From the IMG/VR virus record IMGVR_UViG_3300042471_001765, positions 1 through 55,846 of that record: a DNA stretch of 55,846 bases. The stretch is one strand, 5' to 3'. Source of the DNA: a virus. Lineage: Duplodnaviria; Caudoviricetes. The position numbers were made by a program, and so were the translations under genes. Below the pieces are notes generated by a model that saw nothing but the letters and a program-made list of their open reading frames with translations, made no database searches and was not told the origin of the DNA. Each line of letters starts with the position of its first letter. The first letter of the stretch is position 1. This document shows positions 9,428 through 18,078 of this stretch, one piece after another.

Positions 9428-9690
9428 AACAAGAAAATGATTCCGCAGAAAAACAACAATGCAGACGTGTAAAACAGGAGAAATGCGAGATCAGCATAAA
9501 CGCTGATCAAAAAGCTTCCCTAGAGGCTCTAGCGAAAAAACTAGGGTATATGTGGGGTCAACGCCCCAATATATCCGGGTTGATGAAAGCGATCGCGGAC
9601 GGAGAGGTGGCGATCGCAAAAAAACAAACAAAAAAGGAAGCCTTGGAAGCCATCAGGGCAATCAAAGAAAATCTTAAGAAGCTGGGATGA
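9424..9690 (+). CDS. Small putative DNA-binding (RHH-like) protein
   Basis: ATGA overlap; ISINADQKASLEALAKKLG...NISGLMKAIA beta-helix-helix pattern. Confidence 0.5.
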   Translation: MKQENDSAEKQQCRRVKQEKCEISINADQKASLEALAKKLGYMWGQRPNISGLMKAIADGEVAIAKKQTKKEALEAIRAIKENLKKLG

Positions 9691-9908
9691 ACCTAGACTA
9701 CTTCAACATTTTAGATGATAAAGCTAAGGCAACAGTTGCCAAGGACTTATTTCATCACTTGCTCACGCGGGTAAAAGAGCGTGAGTTGTACAAGGGTAAG
9801 TATTCAAGCTTTCAAAACTACGCGCGGGAGCTTGAAGCTACCCCAGTAGAAGACTGGGAAAAAACCGGATTATTGAACATCCTTTGTAGTGCTGGTGCTG
9901 AAAAATGA
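9687..9908 (+). CDS. Hypothetical protein
   Basis: ATGA-coupled ORF in an operon. Confidence 0.6.
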   Translation: MNLDYFNILDDKAKATVAKDLFHHLLTRVKERELYKGKYSSFQNYARELEATPVEDWEKTGLLNILCSAGAEK

Positions 9909-10003
9909 AAAACATACTGCTGTCGATACAGCCAATTCATAGCCAGGCAATACTGGCTGGAAGAAAAACAGCCGAGCTAAGGCTGTATTCCGTCACCTTA
10001 TAG
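9905..10003 (+). pseudogene. Truncated ASCH-domain gene
   Basis: MKNILLSIQPIHSQAILAGRKTAELRLYSVTL*; LLSI.P....IL.G.KT.ELR is the ASCH N-terminal signature, but the ORF stops after 32 aa. Confidence 0.65.
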
Positions 10004-10030
10004 TAATACAAATAAATTGGGTAACAGCTT

Positions 10031-10732
10031 ATGACCTGGGTAGATCCGTTAGAAGACGGAAAAAGCAAAATAAAACTAATAGCAGCACTGGGGAGCGACT
10101 TAGACATTGTTAATGATGCTAGGGCAAGCTTTGAGAAAACATCCACACAGCTAAGTGATAAAGATATTAAACTCATTCATTACCTAATCAAGCACCAGCA
10201 CACAAGCCCTTTCCGGGGTACTGTCTTCAAATTTAAAATTAAAGCTCCTTTGTTTGTTTGTCGCCAATGGTGGAAGCACGTCATCGCCAGCAATCATAAT
10301 GATGAGCAACTAGGATGGAATGAGAAAAGCTTTCGATATGTTGAGATTGATGATAGTAGTGAATTTTATATTCCTAAAATTTTTCGTCAACAGTCCAAGA
10401 ATAACAAACAAGCCAGCGAAGGTAAATTACCTGAAGATGCTAATCAGCAAGCAATAGAAATTTATACTCAACAGTGCCAAACTAGCTATCAAGCATACCG
10501 CAATCTTCTAGAGTTAGGAGTGGGACGAGAACAAGCCCGTGGCGTATTAGTTCCCTCTGTGTACACTTCTTGGGTCTGGACTGTTTCCCTGCAAGCTGTT
10601 TTACACTTTATCTCATTGCGTAGTGGTGCTGGCGCGCAAAGTGAAATTGGCGCTTATGCTGAAGCCATCACTTCCCTCATTAAACCCATAGTCCCCATAT
10701 CAATAGAGGCTTGGGAAACTCACTATGGCTGA
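10031..10732 (+). CDS. thyX: FAD-dependent thymidylate synthase
   Basis: ARASF, HQHTSPF, RQWWKH, WNEKSFRY, REQARGVL and HFISLR...AQSEI ThyX motifs (cyanobacterial type). Confidence 0.93.
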   Translation: MTWVDPLEDGKSKIKLIAALGSDLDIVNDARASFEKTSTQLSDKDIKLIHYLIKHQHTSPFRGTVFKFKIKAPLFVCRQWWKHVIASNHNDEQLGWNEKSFRYVEIDDSSEFYIPKIFRQQSKNNKQASEGKLPEDANQQAIEIYTQQCQTSYQAYRNLLELGVGREQARGVLVPSVYTSWVWTVSLQAVLHFISLRSGAGAQSEIGAYAEAITSLIKPIVPISIEAWETHYG

Positions 10733-10874
10733 AAAACCACAGACTCCAACCAGGTGTAACAGCCTGGTTTTTTTGTGCCTACTGATAAATAGGTATAAAA
10801 ATATTTTTAAAATTAAGTGTTGACTTTTCAAAAATATCAGTATACTATATAAGGGTAGAGAAAAAACAAAGAGG
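10733..10874 (+). repeat. Cassette repeat copy 1: terminator + promoter + RBS (~140 bp)
   Basis: ACCAGG-tgtaacag-CCTGGT-T-tract; TTGACT (10820), 17 bp, TACTAT (10843); AAAGAGG. Near-identical to 11185-11327 and 11794-11925. Confidence 0.95.
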
Positions 10875-10880
10875 TAAGCA

Positions 10881-11186
10881 ATGAAATTATTAACCGCACT
10901 CGTACCCGTTAAAAAAATAAGCTGTAGTCAGCCCTGCATCTGGAACGAAGACTTCCTAAATACAGCAGCACAGTCTATTTTAGAATCCAAAGGAGTTATC
11001 AACCCTATAGTGGTTCGCCGAATAGATTTACGATCTTACGAGTTAGTGAATGGAGTACTTGAATACTATGCGGCTGTTAGAGCTAGAGAAATAGATCCTG
11101 GCGAAGGAGAGATGATCACTGTATTCATTGTGGAACCAGAGAATGAAGAAGCTTTAACCAAGCAAATAGAAATATTTAGAAGATAA
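10881..11186 (+). CDS. Stand-alone ParB/Srx N-terminal-like domain protein
   Basis: GVINPIVVRR...YELVNG...YYAA resembles the ParBc core; the GH.R motif is altered. Confidence 0.6.
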   Translation: MKLLTALVPVKKISCSQPCIWNEDFLNTAAQSILESKGVINPIVVRRIDLRSYELVNGVLEYYAAVRAREIDPGEGEMITVFIVEPENEEALTKQIEIFRR

Positions 11187-11327
11187 AAACCACAGACTCC
11201 AACCAGGTGTAACAGCCTGGTTTTTTTGTGCCTACTGATAAATAGGTATAAAAATATTTTTAAAATTAAGTGTTGACATTTCAAAAATATCAGGATACTA
11301 TATAAGGGTAGAGAAAAAACAAAGAGG
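11185..11327 (+). repeat. Cassette repeat copy 2: terminator + promoter + RBS
   Basis: Near-identical to copy 1; TTGACA, 17 bp, TACTAT. Confidence 0.95.
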
Positions 11328-11330
11328 CAA

Positions 11331-11513
11331 ATGGAGAACACTAAAAAACTGGAAGAACTAGAAAAAAAAATCGACTCTATCGAAATCTTGTTAGAGCGTT
11401 TATTAGGAATGGAATTAGACGATCTGGAAGAACTAGAAAAAAAAATCGACTCTATCGAAAATCGAGTGAATAAATTGGAAAGGCTTGTGTCTGAAATACT
11501 TCTAGAACTATGA
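11331..11513 (+). CDS. Small acidic coiled-coil protein with internal duplication
   Basis: LEELEKKIDSIE occurs twice (about 37-bp DNA duplication); directly follows the repeat RBS. Confidence 0.7.
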   Translation: MENTKKLEELEKKIDSIEILLERLLGMELDDLEELEKKIDSIENRVNKLERLVSEILLEL

Positions 11514-11570
11514 TGAATGACACTGCTAATCGAGTATATCTGGGATAAAAACAAACAATTGGAGATTTTG

Positions 11571-11786
11571 ATGAAAGTAATTAGAGTTAAAAAAAATAAC
11601 GCTACCGCGGCACTAGCCGCTATTCCTGGATCAGCTTTTACCCGCTGCCCGGACTACGATTGGCAAAACGGGCTAAGTGACGACCACACCATTCCCGCAG
11701 CGGGAATGGTAGGGCTAAAGTTACCGGACGGGATGTCCGGTAAGCAAGCGCACAAGCTGCTAAAAGAAGCGGGAATTGTGAATTAA
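11571..11786 (+). CDS. Hypothetical protein
   Basis: GGAG RBS before the ATG at 11571 (MKVIRVKK...). Confidence 0.65.
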   Translation: MKVIRVKKNNATAALAAIPGSAFTRCPDYDWQNGLSDDHTIPAAGMVGLKLPDGMSGKQAHKLLKEAGIVN

Positions 11787-11793
11787 TCCATCT

Positions 11794-11925
11794 TCCAACC
11801 AGGTGTAACAGCCTGGTTTTTTTTTGTGCCTACTGATAAATAGGTATAAAAATATTTTTAAAATTAAGTGTTGACATTTTAAAAATATCAGGATACTATA
11901 TAAGGGTAGAGAAAAAACAAAGAGG
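11794..11925 (+). repeat. Cassette repeat copy 3: terminator + promoter + RBS
   Basis: Near-identical to copies 1 and 2. Confidence 0.95.
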
Positions 11926-11937
11926 GAACAGGGAACA

Positions 11938-12555
11938 ATGAATTTTTATCACTTAAAACAAATTATTGCTTGCCATAAAGGCAAGAAAGTAGTTGACACA
12001 AGAGGCATTATAACTGAAGTGCGCCCCTTTGCGCATGGCAGTTATGAAGAAGTTGAAGCTTGCTACCAGCAAGGTAGCAGGGTATACACAGACGATCTGG
12101 GAAATGTTTACAAAATAATTCAAAAAGACGGGGATGAACAAATCCTTGTAGGCACTTGGAGGGTGTTTGATAAATCGGAAATCGCTTCAAGAATCGCAGA
12201 GATTCTTGAGGAGAATGTGCAAGAAATTGAAGTAATCAAAAAGGATTACTATGCCCGCACCCAACCCCTATACCCGCATAGGGATAGGAGACGGTTCTGG
12301 AAAGAGTACTTTTACCAAGTGAAAGTGCCGTTTCCATCTTCTCAAAAAAAGATCCTTAAAAACGATCTGGAAGATGAAAACTATCCAGACTGCTTAAACT
12401 ACCTCCACGTGACCATTCACGGGGGGTATAGAATCTTCAAAATTCAGGGTGATGACATCACCCTACTAGAGACCCATGTAAATAAAAGAACGGTCGTAGG
12501 ATACGACCGAAACGGGGAGAAAATCCCCAACCCTGTGATGGGATGGAATTTCTAG
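11938..12555 (+). CDS. Hypothetical protein (cassette cargo)
   Basis: 205-aa ORF directly after repeat copy 3. Confidence 0.7.
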   Translation: MNFYHLKQIIACHKGKKVVDTRGIITEVRPFAHGSYEEVEACYQQGSRVYTDDLGNVYKIIQKDGDEQILVGTWRVFDKSEIASRIAEILEENVQEIEVIKKDYYARTQPLYPHRDRRRFWKEYFYQVKVPFPSSQKKILKNDLEDENYPDCLNYLHVTIHGGYRIFKIQGDDITLLETHVNKRTVVGYDRNGEKIPNPVMGWNF

Positions 12556-12560
12556 AATTT

Positions 12561-12944
12561 CTATTCAAAAGACACAAAATCAACCAGGTGTAACAGCCTG
12601 GTTTTTTTGTATCGCTCGATCGCTTCCTCTAGCTCCCAGAAAATAGGAGCGCCAACAGCCGATATGAGCCGATCGCTCCGATACTTTCCGGTGGTGATTT
12701 CTTGCTTAGAGAATCCCAACTGGATAAGTGTTTCGTAGGAACCTAGTAGAGGGATGAATTCCTCAAGCCGAGCAATACTCAAATTACCATCCTTAAATTG
12801 CACCGGGAATATATCGCGGTTGTCAGCTACCTGTGGGGGCTGTTCCGTTGCGATCGCGATGGTAAATGGCGGATCCGGTGGGTGGATAAGGGCATCCCTG
12901 ATGGTGAGTACAGATACCAATCTGCCAGAAAGATAGTTATTCAT
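12561..12944 (-). pseudogene. Csf1 (type IV Cas8-like) C-terminal fragment
   Basis: LIHPPDPPFTIAIA, RDIFPVQF and LGFSKQEITTGKY recall the PPEPPF region of Csf1-like proteins; the N-terminal Cys motifs are absent. Confidence 0.45.
12581..12610 (+). terminator. Fourth, terminator-only copy of the cassette repeat
   Basis: caaccaggtgtaacagcctggtttttttgt is identical to the hairpin in copies 1-3. Confidence 0.85.
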
Positions 12945-12991
12945 GATTCTTGCTGCTTACAAAAATGCCCCCAATCAAGGGGGCTGATTGA

Positions 12992-13249
12992 CTAATATTT
13001 TATTTCCTCCTCATCAGCTACTAGCTTCAAAAGCTGATGAGGATAGGGGTTGATCTTTGTTCCGTCATCCATGGACACTTCCATGGATATGATCATTTTC
13101 CACCCATCGCAATCTTCATAAGTTAGGCGGGTGATTGTCCCGGTTTTTCCTTGTATACCAAGGGTGTTTCCAATGACGCGATCGCCCTTAGAAAGGGGAG
13201 AGCAATCAAATAGCCTTTCGGTGTGGCACTTAATGGTTTTTAATGGCAT
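12992..13249 (-). CDS. Hypothetical protein (SH3/KOW-like)
   Basis: LSKGDRVIG...GKTGTIT pattern. Confidence 0.5.
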   Translation of the reverse strand: MPLKTIKCHTERLFDCSPLSKGDRVIGNTLGIQGKTGTITRLTYEDCDGWKMIISMEVSMDDGTKINPYPHQLLKLVADEEEIKY

Positions 13250-13290
13250 TTTTCTTTATTTAGTAGGGTTTTAGTCCTAATCATACATAC

Positions 13291-13785
13291 TCATGCGATC
13301 GCTAGGAAAGTATCTAAAGTCTTTGTCGGAACTGGTTTGTGAGTGCTGAATTCTAGATTATGTTTCTTTGCCCATCTTCTCAAAGTTTTGATTGACGGAC
13401 ATCTACCCACTTGGCGAGATAGCCAATGGGGGACATCAGCACCTAGAATACCATCTGCATAGATAGCGTCGCCTAATGCCTTGTCCAGGCTCTGTTTTAA
13501 AACCGGTGATGAGTTCAGTCTTTTAATGATCTGCGGTAAAGTGATCCCTGCACTTCGTCCCACGGGCTGCTTAGTAGTGGAGTTCAAGCTTTGCTCATAC
13601 CTCATGTAAGCAAGCATCATCAACCATTGGCAATGAGTTTTACTAATGGTATTAGTGCGTGATTTCCTTTTATCTGGTATCCTGCATATATGCTTGTACT
13701 TTGCCCATGTCCGGGCAGCGATCGGCTTGCCATAAATATGTACGCAAGCTGCCCGGATCCAGTTTTCTGGGTATCCTGTTTCCAT
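13291..13785 (-). CDS. Hypothetical DNA-binding protein (two HTH-like segments)
   Basis: PIAARTWAKYK and PSIKTLRRWA helical motifs; GGAGG RBS. Confidence 0.5.
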   Translation of the reverse strand: METGYPENWIRAACVHIYGKPIAARTWAKYKHICRIPDKRKSRTNTISKTHCQWLMMLAYMRYEQSLNSTTKQPVGRSAGITLPQIIKRLNSSPVLKQSLDKALGDAIYADGILGADVPHWLSRQVGRCPSIKTLRRWAKKHNLEFSTHKPVPTKTLDTFLAIA

Positions 13786-13825
13786 GTTTCCTCCTTATTC
13801 CCTCTTTTGAGGGAATTTTTTTTTA

Positions 13826-14101
13826 TTACTCTTCTTGGGGTTCAGGGATACCTAAATCCCTGCGCATTTTTCTATTTACCAACCTTTTATTACTAGCCTC
13901 ACAGTACAGGGAGAATCCCTGCTGCCATAGCAATCGATGAAACTCAGATGGATTAATACCATCTTGCAGAGCCATTATCTCTGCTTGCTCTAATAGTGGA
14001 GTAGGCAGGTACAGTTCTATCTTTTGCATCTTGTCTTTTTTCCTAGTTCTGGGTGACACGATCTCATTTTCCATATATTGATCCTTATGCTTGCACATCA
14101 T
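13826..14101 (-). CDS. Ribbon-helix-helix-like regulator
   Basis: KIELYLPTPLLEQAEIMALQDGINPSEFHRLL; divergent from the 14.3-18.4 kb operon. Confidence 0.5.
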   Translation of the reverse strand: MMCKHKDQYMENEIVSPRTRKKDKMQKIELYLPTPLLEQAEIMALQDGINPSEFHRLLWQQGFSLYCEASNKRLVNRKMRRDLGIPEPQEE

Positions 14102-14137
14102 GATTGAAATTATAGAAGAAAAAATGTAAAAAAGTAT

Positions 14138-14207
14138 GACTAGAACATGACTAAAAATAAAATATATGTGCTATTGTTGTTTTTAGTAGGATTAGAACCC
14201 GACTAAA
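14138..14207. promoter_or_regulatory. Repeated 18-bp operator-like motif GAYTARAACNNKACTAAA
   Basis: Copies at 14138-14155 and 14190-14207; an inverted copy at 13259-13276. Confidence 0.55.
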
Positions 14208-14360
14208 TGTATTCAATCACGATAGCGGTAAGACACGAGGAGCCAGATGGCTCCTACACCGAGTGGGTGCTGAACACACCCCAAGCCCAGGAAGCTCTCA
14301 CCCAGAGAGCAAAAAGACAAATTGAGCGGCTTATTACTAAGGATAATAAGGACACAAAAA

Positions 14361-14870
14361 ATGAACATTGATGAGTACGTTAAGAGGTTTATGACCTCTG
14401 AAGTCCCCTTGGACTACGTTTGGGAACAAACCCAGAAAATATCCTCAGAAATGGGGATTGATTTACAAAACTTGGATGAGCCAACCGCTCGCTTCATTGC
14501 AGAAGAGATTGATAAAGTAGCCTCTGCAAGTTTGGCGGCAAGACCTGAAGCCGCTATTGAGAAGAAAAAGACCAAAAAAGAAAAAACTACTAATGCCAAT
14601 AATGGCAGCAGTGTAGAGAAGCTAAAACCGGCGATAGCCAACTTAAAAACCGCTGTAGAGGAAGAATCTACAGCTATGTTGGCTGTTTTCAATACCAAAG
14701 CCCAGCAGGTAGAAAACGCTGTGGCTGGAAAGATATTAGATCGCTGCAAAGCGATAAACCCAAATATCATAGCCCTCGTATCGGAAGAGATGGAGAGGTA
14801 CACACGCGACAGCGCCAGCTTTCGCGAGCAAATCTTTGATGAGACTTTCGCAGGTCTCCTCGGTGATTAA
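14361..14870 (+). CDS. Hypothetical helical protein, first gene of membrane/ATPase operon
   Basis: AAGGA RBS before the ATG at 14361. Confidence 0.65.
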   Translation: MNIDEYVKRFMTSEVPLDYVWEQTQKISSEMGIDLQNLDEPTARFIAEEIDKVASASLAARPEAAIEKKKTKKEKTTNANNGSSVEKLKPAIANLKTAVEEESTAMLAVFNTKAQQVENAVAGKILDRCKAINPNIIALVSEEMERYTRDSASFREQIFDETFAGLLGD

Positions 14871-14932
14871 GGGTAACAATGTTTACTTTTGGCTGTGCTT
14901 GATTCAAGCACTGTTAATCGCAGTAAGTATAT

Positions 14933-15286
14933 ATGCAGCAAACACAAACAACATTCAAAGAACAGCCCCCATCCCAGCAGATCGCGTTTACCCTGCGGTC
15001 TACAGGGGAGACTAAATACGAAGGGGTGAAGGACCAGGAAATTGTGGAGCAATTGCTTCACAACGCGGACTACAACCGTGACCAATACAGAAAGTCACAA
15101 TTGGAACTAAACAAAAAAATCCAAGATGAGGTGGCTTTGACCAACGCCATGACCATTGGATTTTTAGGGATATCTTTCATTACGTGCATTGTTTGCGCGT
15201 ATCTCACAGTCAACAAACCAACAATTACAGGGAACACAGTCCATGTCAATAGAACAATTATTCGGGGGAATTGTCCCCAGCCCTAG
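14933..15286 (+). CDS. Single-pass membrane protein
   Basis: Hydrophobic segment IGFLGISFITCIVCAYL. Confidence 0.6.
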   Translation: MQQTQTTFKEQPPSQQIAFTLRSTGETKYEGVKDQEIVEQLLHNADYNRDQYRKSQLELNKKIQDEVALTNAMTIGFLGISFITCIVCAYLTVNKPTITGNTVHVNRTIIRGNCPQP

Positions 15287-15680
15287 GGGTAAACTAGCCG
15301 GTCTTGGCAGTGACCCCACTAAAATTGGGGATATGGGGCAATCATTGACACGAATTAAAACCAAGATGGTACTACCCAGTGACATCTCACCCGCTTGCTT
15401 GCTAAAGCAGTCCGAAGAATTGGGTACAGTGGAAGGCGAGGTAGAACTTGCCAAACAGATTGCAGACACCCAGGGCAAACAAGTGGATAAGCTTGTGGAG
15501 TTGCACAGAATCAATACGCAATACACCCAAAAAATGATGGGCCTAGATCAAACCTTAAGGCAGATGGAAGCAAACCACGGGCGGCAAGTTGCCAAATATC
15601 AATTAAAAGCTGCGGAAACACAAGCCAACTTTGATGGATACACTCAAGCGTATCAAATGGGGGCTGAGTTATTCGGATGA
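15243..15680 (+). CDS. Coiled-coil hypothetical protein
   Basis: Q/E/K-rich helical ORF; probable start at MSIEQLF. Confidence 0.6.
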   Translation: MSIEQLFGGIVPSPRGKLAGLGSDPTKIGDMGQSLTRIKTKMVLPSDISPACLLKQSEELGTVEGEVELAKQIADTQGKQVDKLVELHRINTQYTQKMMGLDQTLRQMEANHGRQVAKYQLKAAETQANFDGYTQAYQMGAELFG

Positions 15681-15687
15681 AAAACTT

Positions 15688-15969
15688 ATGAAAAACTTAT
15701 TTTACGCAGGTTGCTGTTTTTGTGGGTACGCACTTTTTCAATTATTAGGCTTCGTAGCGGCAGCCTTTCCCGGTTCCCGCACCGGGGCTATTTCCTTAAT
15801 CATCCTCCTACTGCTATTGATCGCAGCAGTAGGACTAACCAACTGGGTAGGACTGTATTACAAACAGCACCGGATTAACAGAACCCAGACCCTGGTAGGT
15901 TTTGCTCCTGCGTTGATATTTGGAGCGATCGCATTATTTGCAGTATTGGTGGGGGTGATGATTGCATGA
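15688..15969 (+). CDS. Small three-helix membrane protein
   Basis: Three hydrophobic stretches. Confidence 0.6.
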   Translation: MKNLFYAGCCFCGYALFQLLGFVAAAFPGSRTGAISLIILLLLLIAAVGLTNWVGLYYKQHRINRTQTLVGFAPALIFGAIALFAVLVGVMIA

Positions 15970-16448
15970 TTTTCAAGAGAGGGTCGGAAGCTGATAGTTC
16001 TTTATCGGCGATCATGATGAAAGTAGGCTGGGTGGTTATTGCCTACAACGGATTTACACTATTTCCCTACTTCTATGATCTGATGATAAAAGCTGCATTC
16101 TGGCAGCGCGTATTCAGCTGTAGCGTGGCAGTGGCTTTAATTCTTGGCATAGAAGCAGCCACCATGACAGTACTTTTTGATCCGAAGGTGCTGGTGAAAA
16201 TCCTGGAAAAACCAAAACAGGATAAGGAAACCAAAGCCTTCAGCGACGTAGTGCATATGTTGGGTATATGTGGTTTCCTTTTGATCGCATCGTATACTTT
16301 TTGGTTTGACTACCAGGTAAATCTCAAACAGCTTGGTAATCCCACCATCATGTTTCTAAAAGTTTTGTCCGCAGTATTTGTCATCGGTGCGGAGCTAGCT
16401 TTTGGGTGTGCCAATGTATTTCAAATTAGCGCAAAGGAAAACTCATGA
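15966..16448 (+). CDS. Four-helix membrane protein
   Basis: Four hydrophobic stretches; ATGA coupling. Confidence 0.65.
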   Translation: MIFKRGSEADSSLSAIMMKVGWVVIAYNGFTLFPYFYDLMIKAAFWQRVFSCSVAVALILGIEAATMTVLFDPKVLVKILEKPKQDKETKAFSDVVHMLGICGFLLIASYTFWFDYQVNLKQLGNPTIMFLKVLSAVFVIGAELAFGCANVFQISAKENS

Positions 16449-16539
16449 TAATACCAGACTTATTCGGCATCTTGACCATTATCGCGATCGCGGTAATTCT
16501 TGGATTGATTTTGTGGCTAAATATTAGGGGGATGGAGCC

Positions 16540-18078
16540 ATGACAAACCCGGCGGCTAATCCCTTCGCTAGGGATAAAGATTTATTTGCACCATTATTGA
16601 TTCGAGAGAGGATACTAATGGGATTGTTCGCTACCACCGCAGTTGTGGGATGCTTTGCTCCGGTGATGTGGAATTCCCAGAAAAATGAAGTAAAGCTATT
16701 GCAGCAAATTTACGGATTATTTGCTGGTACGTGCTTTACAGCCGCTGCTTACCATCGCAAGCAAAAGGAACAGACTTACCAGGCAATCTCAGAAGCCAAC
16801 TACAAGATAGTGAATGAGCATCTAAAGGGAGTATTTGCCTACGAGGCATCACGCCAGCAAATAGAAAGCAAGCGAGAATTAGCAGAATATGTAAATTCTC
16901 TCCCATCTTACGAGCGGGAAAGATGGATGAATCAGTATGGATTACATGGATTGGTAGAGCTTCCCCAATTCCAGGAAGCAGAAATTTTACCTCAACCGCA
17001 ATTATCAGGGATGGAAATCCCTGATCCTGAGATTGCAGCAATAAATGAAGATGCAGTACAGAGCATCATCAACCCAGATGCAATGCAAGTGTTGCAGCAA
17101 TACGCAGCACAGTATCCCCAATACATCAGATTAGATGATCGCTGGATTGATGATCTATGTGGTGCTGCATCCAACCCAGATATGAAGAGCCGATACAACC
17201 ATCATTTCATGTTGGTTGGTGGTACTCAATCGGGTAAATCCACACTAGCAGGGGTGATTGTAAATAAAATCGCATCTCGCTCACAATCACCCGCCATAGT
17301 CTTGGGCAGTGACCCCAAGGATCAAGTTACCCAGTGGCTGTGTAAATTCAGCCGAAAGTTTGATGGAATGAAGGCTTTGGATTCCTGGATCTCCTTTGCC
17401 ACCGAGGTCATCCAACAACGCAAAGATCAAATAGGAGGGAATAACGGTACTGAGGGTATAGCAGAAATATTTTTTTTACAGGATGAAGTAGATACTTGCT
17501 ACGGTGGTGGTAACGGATTCCCCGGCATGGTGGAAAAAACCACGGCTAAAAATCTACAAGCACTATGGAATTACATCGCCAAGTTTACGGCGGGCTTGAA
17601 GTGTCACGGTATTTTTATGGGGCAATCACCATTGAGCGAGGCGACTGGATTTAGCCGACCAAATCTAAAAAACATCTGTTTCATGGCTTTGGGACAATTA
17701 AGCTCCTACATCCTTAGTAAACCCACAGATTTTCTCAATGTCAAATCTGAAATTATCGATTTACTCAAAGAAGTATGCAGCTTACTAGATGATGCAAGAG
17801 TACGCTATGCCCTGGTAGTGCCTACAAGAGGTAATCCCTACGTGGCTTTAATCCCCACTTTTGATATTGAGGGATTAGAGCAAAAAAGCACTACAAGAAA
17901 TCAAACCGACACAGTTGACGCTGTGAACTGGTATGAGGAATTACAAACCTGGTTTAATTCGCTAGGGAGGAAACCATCCGATCAGGAACTACAAGAACAA
18001 TGGGAAAAGATAACAGGAAAAACACTAAACGCGAAAGGTATTGCGCTATTGCAAGAGAAGCTGGCAGGCAAGACATGA
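16540..18078 (+). CDS. Membrane-anchored P-loop ATPase (FtsK/HerA/coupling-protein-like)
   Basis: Two N-terminal hydrophobic helices, HFMLVGGTQSGKST Walker A, DPK, FFLQDE Walker B and a GQS motif. Confidence 0.7.
   Translation: MTNPAANPFARDKDLFAPLLIRERILMGLFATTAVVGCFAPVMWNSQKNEVKLLQQIYGLFAGTCFTAAAYHRKQKEQTYQAISEANYKIVNEHLKGVFAYEASRQQIESKRELAEYVNSLPSYERERWMNQYGLHGLVELPQFQEAEILPQPQLSGMEIPDPEIAAINEDAVQSIINPDAMQVLQQYAAQYPQYIRLDDRWIDDLCGAASNPDMKSRYNHHFMLVGGTQSGKSTLAGVIVNKIASRSQSPAIVLGSDPKDQVTQWLCKFSRKFDGMKALDSWISFATEVIQQRKDQIGGNNGTEGIAEIFFLQDEVDTCYGGGNGFPGMVEKTTAKNLQALWNYIAKFTAGLKCHGIFMGQSPLSEATGFSRPNLKNICFMALGQLSSYILSKPTDFLNVKSEIIDLLKEVCSLLDDARVRYALVVPTRGNPYVALIPTFDIEGLEQKSTTRNQTDTVDAVNWYEELQTWFNSLGRKPSDQELQEQWEKITGKTLNAKGIALLQEKLAGKT

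Noticed and set aside
10733-11925. The ~140-bp repeats as a CRISPR array or attC sites
   Set aside because: Too long, separated by whole genes, and explained by terminator + promoter + RBS content; the GTAACA shared with the CRISPR repeat is only 6 bp.
14311-14322. 12-nt match (AAAAAGACAAAT) to the solitary-repeat spacer
   Set aside because: Short, low-complexity and AT-rich, so plausible by chance.
16540-18078. ATPase as terminase large subunit
   Set aside because: It has N-terminal transmembrane helices, no recognisable C-terminal RNase H-like nuclease, and sits in a membrane-protein operon.
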